Positions 1-12,600 of a stretch of DNA of 64,000 nucleotides are shown here, in pieces. Location: positions 8,742,001 to 8,806,000 of the forward strand of contig NC_045697.1 of the NCBI RefSeq assembly GCF_009834535.1, written 5' to 3'. The translations under genes were made by a program, and so were the position numbers. The notes under the pieces were generated by a model. That model was not told the origin of the DNA and ran no database searches. It saw nothing but the letters and a program-made list of their open reading frames with translations. The DNA comes from Camelus ferus. Lineage: Eukaryota. Within the stretch, counting starts at the first letter, position 1. Every line of letters starts with the position of its first letter.

Positions 1-939
1 AAGGTGGGACTCTGGAAGTCAGTGTGAGTTCAGGGCATGTGAGCATGTGCAAAGCAAGCCCATACAGCCCAAGCAGGCCCATAAAAGCCAGGAAATGAAC
101 AAGTTCAAGTTCTCCTAGTGTGTTAATGTGCCCACAAATGTACCTACTTTATACATTTAACAACTCATGTAGTAATGAAAAATGCCATGTAGAACATATA
201 GTTGCATGTGCAAGGTGGGGTAATTAATATGCCTATGTGTGCTCCTTAATTGTTTCATGCCCTGTATTTTTGGTTAATGTAACACTCTGCAAACTTTTAT
301 ATAAATAGTTTATGTTTTATATGGAATTCCACATTTAAAAAAAAAAACCAAAGGGGAGTGATGAATAAGGAAAAATTCTAATGGTATTCTTGCTGAATTT
401 CATTAGCTTGATATTCCACCTTTTTAATTTTCTATAAACTGCCAATATATTGACACAAAATTTTCAATTCTAGTATGGTCACTGAGCAAGCGGATCGTCA
501 ACTTAGCAAAAGAAAAAGGAGAGTTTCAAATCTGTCCTAATTAACATTTTACATTTTCAGTCATTTCTCAGCCAAGCTATCTTTGTAAAAGAGCCAGATA
601 TCAAGTTTGACATTTTGAAGTCCAAACATGTTTGAGTTGTCAGTGTGAAAACTGGGGAAGCCTGGGATAAAGAGCTGAATTTTAAAGTCTTCACTATAAC
701 TGGTGAGGTCTGGGTTTGGGTTGTTTTTCTAGGAGAACCCAAAGGCCACTGAAGATGTTTTTCCACCAATTTTTCATAAGCATTTAAGCTTAAAGGGAAA
801 AAAAGGTGGCAAGACGGGAGGACATGGTTTTCTTTGGGGGAAGGAAATTAGAAGCCACCGCAAATAATTCACCTGGATAGGTAAAGGGCGCGCAAACACT
901 GTCTGCTTGTGAATCCCTGACAACTTCATTGCCTTTTAC

Positions 940-1600
940 CCAAGGGAGGGGCAGAGCCTCTCGCTTCATTTCAAACCAGCATGGAAAGGGCTTTGAGAAG
1001 GGAACCGGGAGGGGCTCCTTCCAGGTGTGGGTTCAGCCCCACTCTCGCCCACGGCCTCCACAGGTGGCTCTCCTTGGCAGCAAGGCCGGGCGCAAACCCG
1101 CCTGCTTGGGAAGCCTGACTTGACCCCCGCCCAGGCTGGCAGGAAGCGACGCCCCTGTTGCAGCGGGGCCCAATTTGCTCCCATCCCTCAGGGCAAACCG
1201 CCGCAAGACCCGAGTTAGGGAAATCTCTACCCTCGCACGCTCCCCAGCTGCGTGACCGCTTCTCAACCACGCACCCTCCAAGCTGGCAGAGGCCTGGTCC
1301 CCGGATTGGGTGCAAAGATGCTCGCCCGAGCGCTCAGAGCCAGGGCAAAGCCTCAGCGCACGCTGTTCCCACCGCTGCCGGGACCTGAGGGCGCCTGTGC
1401 TGTCCCCAGCCCTGCACGGCGGGTGCCACGAGACTTCACCAAGCGAAAGCTACTTAGAGGCAGAGAGGGATCCGGGGAACAGGAGCGCGTGGAGGCACGT
1501 GGAAGTTGCAGACACCGCGGCTTGGAGGCCTCACTGGAGTGAGTGGCTTAAACACAGACGTCTGGTCCCAGGTCTGACCCTCCACGGCTGAACTGTCACT
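940..1600. promoter_or_regulatory. CpG island-like segment
   Basis: GC-rich with dense CpG by inspection. Confidence 0.6.
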
Positions 1601-1754
1601 TCCCCGAGGGCAGGTCTTTGACCGTCCCTGTGCCCCCAGAGCTCCTGGCACAGTGGGTCCCAGGACGAGCTGACCCAGCCTAGCCGAGGCCAGACTCCAC
1701 TCCCCTCACCTCCCCCCACCCCCCGCAGCGCTGGGTCTCCCTGTGAGGTCCCTG

Positions 1755-1865
1755 AACCACGTGCATCAGGACCACCCGAGGGGTAAAAATGCAGATCCTG
1801 GGCCCCACCCTCACCCACTGAAACCGAGCACGCTCCGCACTTAATTTTTAAGCGTGCCCGAAGTC
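1755..1865. mobile_element. MER5A-like relic
   Basis: AAAAATGCAGATCCTGGGCCCCACCC core. Confidence 0.5.
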
Positions 1866-3079
1866 GGAGGCTGGGTGGGCCCTGACACACACCGCAGCTT
1901 TTTCGTTTTGGAAGCGCCTTTGTCTTTGTTTCAGCTTCTCGAGTAAGGAGACATCATCAGCCTTGTCTTACAGAAGAACCTGCAGCAAAAGAGGGTTGCT
2001 GCTGCCCACAGCCCCGCGTGGGAAGCGGCTCTGAGCCCCCAGGGCTCTCCCTGCAGAAGCGCAGAGTCGGACAGGGCTGTGTGCTGCTAGGCTTCCGGAG
2101 ATTCAACCGCTCCGGCTCCCGAGTATTTGACCGACTACCCCCGCCCTGCCCCCGCCCTGGCCTTGACTGCGGGCGTTCCAGGGAACTTGGCTATTGTTGC
2201 CTGGGGCAGGGAAGGAGAGACTAGCATAGAGGTCTGGGGCGGGATACAGTCAGCTTCACCTTTGGCGCTACTGCCAAGAGGGAAGTAACAGGAGGAGAGG
2301 GGGTACTGGCCTGGTTGGTGTCTGTGCGCCCGGGCCAGGTGACCTCCGCCAGGGCCCAGGCTGCATCCTTCAACCCTATCGCATCCAAGCCACACCGCAC
2401 CTGCTATCCCTACCCGATTCACCCCCCTTCGCTCCCGGCCACTGTCCCAGCCCGGTTCCACTCCACTCACGCCTGCCAGCTGCTCCAGACACCAGCCAGG
2501 GACCAGATTCCCGGCCTAATCCTTTCTGTCCGCTGTGCTTGGGGGACACCGATGGGATCACTGCCAGCCTCCGCGCACCCAGACAGACAGACAGACACAT
2601 GGTAGAGTCCTGCTTGACCACGCCTCAGCCTCCAGCACCCTGGACCCGCCCAGTGTTTGGGGGAGGGGGGGTAGGGTAAAGGTGAGTCACTGTTGGGGTA
2701 GCCTACCGACTGAAGAGCTCGAGAGTTGAAACCAAATCTGCGTCCTCTGGCCCCCAAGCTGAAAGACCTTATTCACAGACCCTCGTGCTCTCCTTGGGGC
2801 AGAAGGACAGGGGTTTTGAAGGCAGGGGTGTATCAGGCTAGTGGTCCTGTGTCACGACCATTTCCAATCCTGTGTCCACCTGGGACGCTGGGTAGAAGAC
2901 TATGCCAAGGCGGCCTCGGCCGGCCTCCTGGCCAAGGTGGGCCCAGCAATTCTGTCCACTGGCACCATTGGTAACACGAGGATAACAGAGGATAAGTGAC
3001 TCCTCTTTCCACAAGCATTAAAGAAGACTATCAGATGTTAGGCACTGTTCTGGCCCCTAGGGACAGCAGAAAGCGGCAC

Positions 3080-3310
3080 AGAGGCGTGGTAAAAACATGA
3101 GCTGTCAAGGTTCCAATCCGGGTTCCACCGCTTGGTTAACTGCAGAACCAGAGAAAAATTCAGCTCTTTGTACCTCAGTCCTCTTAACTGTAAAAATGGG
3201 GATGATGATACATCCCTCATAGAATGGATGTGACAAAATTTTTAAGGGGCAGAGATAGATAGCTTGTCATGGTTGCTGGCCCCTATGGAAAGCTCAACAA
3301 ACTCTAATCC
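3080..3310 (+). mobile_element. MIR
   Basis: CCTCAGT...CTGTAAAATGGGGATGATGATA core. Confidence 0.6.
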
Positions 3311-3369
3311 TTTTTCGAAGTGCACCGTGATGTCCACCTTTCGGTAAATATCAGAGGGAAGGGATGTAG

Positions 3370-3700
3370 ACGTGAAGACATGTACCCTGGGCGCTCGGGC
3401 GGATTCCAAATCTCGGCTCCTGCCTGCAGGACCAGAAAGCCGAAAACACAGAAGCCCCGCCCGCTCTCCCTGGCCTCAGGGTCCTGGCTGTGAGCTGGGA
3501 AGATCCAGCAGCGCTCCGGGCACACGGCGGCGGACCGGACGGGATGCCGCAGAGCTCGCCGCCCGCGCAGACGCTGAGCGCCCGAGAGAAGCTGCAGCAG
3601 GTGCCGCTGCTGCACAGATCTCCCCAGCCTTTCTGAGCACAGACGCTGGGCACTGGGAAGCCCGGGAAGCAAGCGCCAGGAGACCCAGGCCACGCACCTT
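3370..3700. promoter_or_regulatory. CpG island-like segment
   Basis: Dense CpG, e.g. CACGGCGGCGGACCGGACGGG. Confidence 0.6.
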
Positions 3701-4669
3701 TCCAAGTGAACCCCTAGGATAGACTCCTATCTGAGGGAGTTTCCAGTAGAAAAGGTTTCTCAGCCTCAGAATATCCTTCAGTGAAATGGACAGAAGTTGC
3801 ACCACAGGCTTTTCAAAGGCTTAAAAATGCACTGTGCGTCTTCTTGTGAATATATCCCGGGAGGTCCTGCTCAGGCCGTTTTATTTCAGGCATTTATGAT
3901 CTGACTTAATAATAGGGGTTCCCACTTTTTTTTTCCAGTACTGTGTGCTAGGCACATTGCCAAGTATTTTACATGCTCTAATTCTAAATGTACGAAATAC
4001 ACAGGCTGAAGCCTGTGGGCCTTTTAGTACCTTGCGGGCACATTGTAAGTGGTTCATAACATCTAGTAATTAATCAGGATTTCTGATCCAGGCTGTCTTC
4101 CAGAAGAGCAGTTTGTGAACTCTAGAGGAATTCTGCCCTTCTGCTGGCATTTTATGAAGGACTAAGCAGCAAGTGCCCCACTCAATCAGACTTAAACCTT
4201 CCCTGTCTGCCCCACCTGCAGACCTGAGGAATCGCTATGGGAACATTAGCATCGCATTTTGTTCTCTTTGAATAGGCTGAGCAGCACAGGGCACCATAGG
4301 CTGCAGTCTCTCTTCCAGTGGATCCACAAGCACACATCCGACTTAAGTCAAGAGCTTGCTTGCTCTGCCAACCAGCTCCGAAGTCCTCAGACCTTAGAGC
4401 CCTCCCTTTTAGGATATTCTGGAATCTCTGCTGCGAAGTGAAAATTGTTATCCTCCTTGGGGAAGTAGCAGCTGGCTCAAAGAGGCTGTCATTGGGGCAA
4501 GGTCGCCCCAACTGTGAGTGGTCATGTCAGTCGTGGATTCAGATCATCCCTAAAGTCCTTGGCCCTGAGCAATCATACCTGGTTACCAGAGCATTAACCA
4601 ATTATGGCATCTCCCTCTATACTGGCAGTGTCTGTAAGGGCAGTTAATATACAACAAGGAATAAGAGCT

Positions 4670-4840
4670 AACAGTATTGAACTCTTACTGAGTCTCAAGC
4701 AATGAGATAAATGCTTCACATCTATTTTTTTAAAATTCATTTAACAGAGAAGAAACTGAGGCACAAAGAGATTAAGTATCCATTAGTTTAGGGTCACCTG
4801 GTTAGTAAGTGGCAGAGCTGAAATGGACAGCCAGGCCCCT
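4670..4840 (-). mobile_element. MIR
   Basis: ACAGAGAAGAAACTGAGGCACAAAGAGATTAAG core. Confidence 0.65.
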
Positions 4841-5009
4841 GACCAACCTCCAAACTGCTGTTCCAGGCAACCCTTAAAGCGTCTCTTTGCAAGTCTCTTT
4901 AGGTTCCATTGGTCTGTGATAGCCTTTATATTTGCTTGTTTAAATATGGGCAAAGACCTGAGATTCCTTCTACATGAGCCATGATGTCTTTGAAAACAAC
5001 AAACACATA

Positions 5010-5230
5010 TTGATTTCTTAGTATATGTCAGGCACCAGTAACGGAGTGCATAGTATATACCAGGCACTCTTCTAAGCCATCTACAAGTTTCAACTTAATG
5101 CTTAGCAAAACCTCATGAGGTAGGTCCTATGGGTACCCCCAATTTACAGATGAGCATATTGAGGTCACTGTCATACAACCAGCAAAATGAAGAGCTGGGC
5201 TTGACTCTCAGGGACTCTGGCCTGTAAATG
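5010..5230 (-). mobile_element. MIR
   Basis: CCTCATGAGGTAGG...AATTTACAGATGAG core. Confidence 0.6.
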
Positions 5231-5929
5231 ATGCTGTACTGGATGTGAAAATGAAAAGTCCCTTTGCTCGGAAGCCTCTGCACCACTATCTACCATCTCT
5301 TTTATTCCCAATTAGAAGGATGTCCCGTTGGAGGTTCTCTGCTGAACTAAAGCCTTAAGCAACCTAAAGAAAAGAGGAGGGCCACGCTTTCCAGTCTCCA
5401 AGTTAGTAAAACGAGCAGGCTATGTAGGTTTGAGCCCTGCGGATTTTGCCTGGAGCCTGAATGATGGAAAGGGGGCAGGGGCGTGGCTCTCTACAACCTC
5501 TGGGCGGCCCCATTAGGTAACTACTCATTGTATACCTTTTTGGTAACAAAATCCTTTCACAAACGACCCTTCCTTTGCATCCTACGTCGAGGAAGGTGGC
5601 CGGGGAATTCGTTGTTCTCTCACTTTTCGTAAGGAACCAAAATCCAGAATCTCCGTGGACATGATCCACTTTGGCTTCAAGCCAGCCAAAGGCATGAGCG
5701 AGGCTCCTAGTTTATCCTGATAGTCAATTGTCTTCAGCCTCCCTCCCTGAAAGCCTCCAACTTATTTGTGTCTAAAAAAATGTATTACCAATACATTTCT
5801 TTTTAATTAACAAAGGTGGACTTTGGGAGTAGGGTGGAATAGATATTACAGAGAAGCCAGCTGCTTTAGCGTTTACACCCCACGGCCTCCCCGGGCATCT
5901 CAGAAGATACTGAGTTGGAAACAACAATC

Positions 5930-6440
5930 GAGGCTGCGGTAGTGACCGACCGTGGTCCCAGCAGACCTTAGGTGCGGAAAAAGGCGCCCTGCGTGGCGCG
6001 ATCCTCTGGGGACCGTGGGGCAGACGCCAGAGGAGGCGCAGCGCGGAGCCGGGTGCGCCAGGGCAGGCTGGTGCGTGGATGGCGGGGATGGAGCAACGTG
6101 GAGGCTGAGACCCGCGCTCAGCTTTCAGACCTCGGCGAGAGATTTCTCCAGCTCCCCGTTTCCGGGGTGAGTGCCAGCTGCTCCGTTTCCCTGCCAGGTC
6201 ATCTCTGCTTCTGGTCAAAGAGGAGCACGCTTTGATCTGAGCCGCGGCGTCCATAAACTCTCGTGGTCCCTCGCGGACCAGACTTCACAGAGAGCGCCCA
6301 GGATCCGTCCGCGACTTCTCTGCGCTCGCGCCACCCTCGGCTCAGGCCCCCACACGGATGACAGAAAACCTTCACGGATTCACCCGCACCCCATAGGGAA
6401 GCTCGTGGCTTCCTTGCCTGACTAGGGTGCGTCTCTCAGC
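5930..6440. promoter_or_regulatory. CpG island-like segment
   Basis: Dense CpG, GC-rich. Confidence 0.65.
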
Positions 6441-7577
6441 ACCAGGGGCGTTCCCCTGTCCACCGTGGGAATGGTATAGAGGCTTTTCCAGATTGAGTGG
6501 GATGGAGCCCCAGCGAAGGTCCCCAGTGCCTAGACAGGAGGCCTCTACCAGCGTCTCAACCATGTTTGGAGGTGGGCTCTTCTCCCTTGCCTTACTGAGG
6601 ATGAATCTGAGGTTCTGTGACATATTCCAAAGCAGGGTTAGTAAATTATGAGCACACACTCCTGCCCAGTGGACCCTCCTGCTTCCCTAGAACAAGCGCG
6701 TCGCTTTCTGTTAAGCCCCTCAGGCCTGCGTGGTGAGCCCCTAGTGGAGGGGGTCCACCTCTTCACTTCTCTGTCCTCAGAGCCTCGCTTAGACCTGCGA
6801 CTGGAGTGTGGGTGAGGGGAGTGGCACAGAGGAAGTGACTCCTGTAGCAGACCGGGGAAGGTTGGCCAACAGTGGGGTTCGCTGGGCCCCCTGGTCCTCT
6901 ATAGTGAGCAAGACTTGGGCACGGCCATTGGAGTTTTAGTCGCAGCTTTCTGCCTATTGGCCTCAATTTCCTCACACCCATGATGGGTGAGTGGTCAAGG
7001 TGAATTACATCACCTTAGAAAGAAGTTAAGAGCAGGGACTGACTCCTCTACCAGCACTGTGATCTTGGGCAATGTGTTTAACCAATTTGAGGTACCTCAA
7101 CTTCTTCCTCTGCTCTAGCTCTCCTCTTTTTTTTTTTCTAGAAAGCTTTGCCTTCCTGATGCTTCTGAGGCTTGTAATAAAATGACAAGCCAAGTCTCCC
7201 TTTCCAGGGCTGAGGGACACTCACTGCTGCGGAACGCCTTGGTTTTGAGAAAAAATTTGTCCTCCAATGACCACCTGGGAGATCTTGGACACACGGCACT
7301 CCCCTCCCTGCTCCGTCTGTGTCCCCAGCTGTAAAATGGGTCCCTGAAAATTCGTGTCTCTGAGGCCCCTTCCACGTTCCGATTTTTGTCACTGGTGGTT
7401 CGTTGAGCACCTCATGTTGGAGGGAGGGGCCGGGAAAGCTGGGGAGCCAGCTGAGACCAGTCCATCCCTGGGGCCGCTCCGGCTCCACCCCTCTGGGCTC
7501 TGCTGAGGGGGTGGGTGGAAGCACCACACCGCAAGATCTCCGTCGCACGGCGGCGGGGAGGGAGGACCGAGGGGCCC

Positions 7578-7797
7578 NNNNNNNNNNNNNNNNNNNNNNN
7601 NNNNNNNNNNNNNNNNNNNNNNNNNNNNNNNNNNNNNNNNNNNNNNNNNNNNNNNNNNNNNNNNNNNNNNNNNNNNNNNNNNNNNNNNNNNNNNNNNNNN
7701 NNNNNNNNNNNNNNNNNNNNNNNNNNNNNNNNNNNNNNNNNNNNNNNNNNNNNNNNNNNNNNNNNNNNNNNNNNNNNNNNNNNNNNNNNNNNNNNNN
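7578..7797. other. Assembly gap (220 N) in GC-rich sequence
   Basis: Run of N. Confidence 1.
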
Positions 7798-8049
7798 AAC
7801 TACAAATATACAGGCCTCGCCTTCAGAAGGCCGAACAGCGGCCCCTGGGCAGAAGCGGGCCAGAGAGGGGTGTTTTCTTAATAGGAAATCGCCCAGAGAA
7901 TTACTACCCGCTTTCTCGCTCCCCAGGGGATTCCTCGCGCTCTCCTCACTGCCAGGACCCCACCCTAGGAGTGGGAGTGGGGTGCAGGAGTGTCACAGGC
8001 GGTAGCTGGAAGCTTTGAAGTCCTATAGTCTCCCTGACCGAGTCCCCTG

Positions 8050-8180
8050 CCCAACCTTGGCAAGCTGTGTGACCCTGCCCCAGTCACTTGACCCTCCTGA
8101 ACTTCGCTCCCTCATCTGTAAAGGGGGGATAATCCCACCCACTTCATGGGATTCTCCTGGGGGTTAAATGAGATCAAATG
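8050..8180 (+). mobile_element. MIR
   Basis: AGCTGTGTGACC...CTCATCTGTAAAGGGGGGATAAT core. Confidence 0.65.
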
Positions 8181-8794
8181 TGGTTAGAGCAGAGCAGTAG
8201 AAGCTCTTTGGGCCTGTGTGCCCCCTTTCCCCTTCCTGGAGCTTCCAGTCTCTGCTGCTGGGGACCCTGGGTGTGGGGGCTCCAGCGCCTGTTGGGAGGT
8301 GTTGGAGATAGGGGTTGAGTGGAGGGAGCTGAGAGGCTCTTGCCCTTCAGGCCCCGAGAAAGGAAGCCAGAAATCTTCAAAAAGCAGGGAAGAGTGAACT
8401 GGCAGCAACTGACGTGACTTTGGTAGACTTCACACACCCCTTCCTAACACAATGCCCAGGAAGAGGGGCACTGAGTCCTCCACCCTGCCTCCCCAGGCCT
8501 GCGCAGCCAGCCAGCCACCAGCCCACAAGGATCCACGATGTCACCAGGAACCACACTGTCACCAAGGAGAGGTATATAGTAAATGGAACCTAGGATAAGA
8601 AGCTTTCCTCTACAGGCTGTCTCAGACCACGCCCGCCCCCAGACAAAAGAGCAATTTAACTATCCCTAGATGCGTCCCCAGTAGGGAGTTTGGGGAAAAT
8701 CCTATCCCTTCTGCAGATGGAAAAGAAAGGAGAAAGACCAGGGTGACAGTCTAGGAAGGCTGGTTTCTTTCAGCCCTGTACCCTTATCACCACT

Positions 8795-8950
8795 GAGGGT
8801 TTGCTGTGTGCCAGCACCAACTCCCAGGACTTTGCCTACATTATTTCCTCTTATTTCCCAGCAAACCTACATCTCCATTGTTCAGATGGGAAAACTGAGG
8901 GCCAGAAGTTAAGGAACTCGTCCAAAGGCCATGCAGCTGGGAAGCAGCAG
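8795..8950 (-). mobile_element. MIR
   Basis: TTCAGATGGGAAAACTGAGGGCCAGAAG core. Confidence 0.6.
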
Positions 8951-9109
8951 AAGCGGAAGCCAAGGCCTAACACAGTGCTACCATTAGGACCTGCACGGCC
9001 AAGGCCAGCTGACCGGGCCTTATCTATTTCTCTTCCTCCTTTGCTACCCACGCCACCCATGGGAATCCCACCTCTCAGAGAGGTCGGCAAAATGACATGA
9101 GCTAAGGAA

Positions 9110-9640
9110 CGTCGAACGTTTAGCTTGGTGCCTGACAGTGCTGACTCTCTCCGGGCCTCATTTTCCTCCTCTGTAAATGGGCTCCTCGTCGCCGCGGCTC
9201 TGCGGTGGGGGGAACAGAACGGAAACGTGGCCAGAGCTGAGCGGTTTGGAGCCAGACAGTCTAGTTTGAACCCCAGCTCCGCCAGCAAGAGCCGCAGCCT
9301 AGGGTCGATCCCAAACGTCGGGTAACAGTAATCGAGCTGCCAGGAGGAATGAATGAAATAATTCACGTAAAGCACTTAAGGAAACAGATTAAGCACAAAC
9401 AGATGAAGCACTAAATAAAGCGCCCGTTACCGGGATGGTGATCGGCCCGCGCAGGCTTGGAGGATTGCTGTCGAGCAAGGAGAAGCTGCCTTCCCAGCTC
9501 CTTCCGAAACTTCACGGCATTTCCAGCGGCTCTGAGCACTAGTGATCGGATCTCAGATCCAGACTCCTGAGAGCGCATGGATCCTGGGGCTGCGCCTCCC
9601 AGACCCTCCCGCCTCCCGGGCCTCCCAGGGATGGAGGGGT
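9110..9640. promoter_or_regulatory. CpG-rich segment overlapping MIR remnants
   Basis: Many CpGs, including inside MIR-like sequence. Confidence 0.5.
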
Positions 9641-12600
9641 TGTTAAAAAGGGCACTCAGAGCTCCCGCCTGATCTCCGCCCTCAGACACTCAAGAGCTGA
9701 GAAGGCTCTGAGAGGAACAGAAAAGAAGGGACAGAGACTTAGCCCCAAATAGAGACGTTCTGATGGAGTCAGAGAGGCAGTGATGCGGCCCTAGTGATCT
9801 GCGCACGCGGTAAGCGCTCTTGCAGATATTTGGCATTCCAATGACCTTCCTTGACTGACCACCGCCACCTACCCCCCAATGAAGCCCTGCCCTCAGCGGC
9901 AGTGCTACTCCACAGCCCGCTTTATCTTCCTTTTGGCACTTCCATTCCTGTCTCCCACTGGACAGTAAACTCTGCCAGGGCGGGGCCTTTCTTCTCTGCA
10001 CATAACAGGCACTTAGCAAATACTGCTGAATATTTGAAAAAAATAAATGAACGAGGATGAAAAGAAGGAAAAAGAGGTCAGACAACCATCCCACAGCACA
10101 GATTTATCTCTTTAAAAAAAAAAAAAGCCCCCAAATCTCTATATTTATGATTCCCATCCTAGCTCTCTTTTGAGGTCCCTCCCTGGCCAAACGTCTGTGT
10201 GTAGGACCCCTGTTCTCTCCCTGTGTGTCCTATGGCTGTCTTCCCAAATGTGCTCTGAGGCTGCATTCTCCTCAGGACTGAACCGGAAGGCAGGACACCA
10301 GTCTCCCACACACATGAGTAGCAGCATAGCATGGAAAACAGTTATTTTAAATCAAATAAATAATACACATCTTAGGAAAGAATTATTTTCAAGAAATTCT
10401 TCTGCAAGTTCTTGTGGACAGAAGGAATTCACTGGAAAGCAGATTAATGTATTTCTTTTCTAAATCTGAAAAATCTATGCATTGGATTTATTTTAAAACT
10501 GCAACTTCAGTGGCATAGAACATGCGAAACTTGTTGCCTTCAAAGTTTCCAGTAGGGGTGGACTGCTCTCACTCATTCAGTGGTTTTTACAATCTTTCCA
10601 CAGTTCTTGTCCACCTCTTACCATCTCTATAATTTTTTTAAATGGTAAATGTCCTTGTTTAACTTCACAAAAATTATCAGTTAGGCTATGAGCATTACGT
10701 GGCGCCTAATGCCCAGGAAACACGGGGTTCTTGGATTACCCTCTCTCTGCTGGGGCTGGGGTTGGGAGGGGGGCTAATTCATATTTTCAGCAGCACAGCT
10801 TGAACTAGATCTTCATGAAGGACCTGGTTTCAAATCCACACTGTTCATATGGAGTTTTTCAGGAGGAAAACTGCCTTCCCTCCTGGAGAATCACAAAGAC
10901 CTTGAGCTTGAATGCCTGGGCTCAGCCTTTCTAGTGGAGCGCTCCTGGACTCACCCTCTTCTCCCACTGCTTCTCATGGAAGCAGAGCTGCCTGCCTTGA
11001 GATTCAGCGGAGGTGGCTTGGAGAATCCATTCTTGAAACTAAGGTGCAAAATAGGAATCTAAAAACTTTTGAGTGCTTACTATGTGTGAAGCCATGAGCT
11101 GAGAGTCCAAAGTCCTAACTCTGGAAAGCCGCTAGCCCAGCTAGGGGTACTGCCAACAGCCCACCCCTCCTGGCATGAGCCCGGGCTGGCTCCTAGACTC
11201 TGGTGCAGTCTCTCTACCAGGACCACTGAGGGCTCAGCCTAGCCACTTGATTGACCACCTGATCCTCTCCAAGGGTGTCTCCCCATTCACCGCTCTGCCA
11301 AACAACTGCCCTCTCCAATCACAGCGCTTGTCCAGTTCTGAAACTGGACCATTCCCCTCAACCTGTATATACCAGAAACAGAACGTTTATTCAAGGCATG
11401 TTTTTTTTTTAGCCCTTAGCCAGTCAGGTTTTATGTGCATTTTAATACAATCAGATTTGAGGTTGAGATACTTTGTGGAATTTGCTGTCAACTAAGTGGG
11501 TGCCCGGGTGCCAGGAAGAATCTTGAGCCTGAGGCATGATAACTTGATTCCAAGGCACACCGGGCTCTTGCTCTTGGCAAAGACACTTCTGTGAGGAAGA
11601 AGAAACTGGCACAACATTACCAGCCCTGGATCAAGATCATGAATTCTTAAAGCACTTAACAAAAACATACCAAAGCTCTGAAACTTCTAACCCAGGGACC
11701 AAACCCTAAGGAGGCACTTCTTTAAGAATCCCTTTCTCTGGGTGAACCACAGGTGTATAAAGCTTTTTAAACTGAATGTTAATAAAACTTTCCACCCCTC
11801 TAAAAAAACTTTGCAAAGCTCAGGGAAGCTCCATTGGCTCTCCTGTCCTCTGTTAGCTTCAGGAGCACCTGTGGCTATGCACTCAGAGCCCGAGGTGCCA
11901 GTGGGGTGTGGCAGGGACAGACAAGGACAAAGCTGAGGCTCCTGGTTCTTATTTAGGAGTCCCATCTGTATGTATTGAATGTCAAAAAGCAACAGCCCTT
12001 GCACTAGGCACTGAGGGCCACTGTGGGGGCAAGCCCTCCTGGCCTGTCTCCTCAGAGGTCCCTAGGCCAGGCCAGAAGACACTGGAGTGTGACACTGAGC
12101 CAAATATCACTTATCACCACTACAAGTAATAAGGACCAGGACGGTGGGTCTGACTCAGAAGGGATTTTTAATCAAAACTTGCTGGGAGGGTTGCCTCGGG
12201 AAAGGCCTGCAATCTGTAAGTTGAATACAGAAAGATACTGAGCCTTTGGCCAGGAGAGGTCGTCCCAGAGCCCACTTTTTTGCTCACCTGCCCTGTGTCC
12301 TGGCGTGTCTCTTCCCTACCCTTCCTCACCACCTTGTCTCTATGTGTCTCTACCTTGTTTATCACAATCCTGGGGGCCAAGGACTCATCACTCAACTTTT
12401 CCTAGAAAGAGAAGGAAGGGTGGCATCCCGGGCCTTCTTAAAGAGGAGGGAGTCCTGGACGTCTGTCACCCTGGTGACACCGGGTCCGGGATGTGCTGGA
12501 CCAAGCTTGGATGCTGGCCCACGCTAGCAGGGGTGCCACAACACCTGAGCAGGGGGGGAATGTCAATTCCACCAGCACCCTTTGCAAAAACACAGCAAAA

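Noticed and set aside
7403-8018. 200-aa and 167-aa ORFs spanning X residues (also 28162-28725)
   Set aside because: Artefacts of translating through N gaps.
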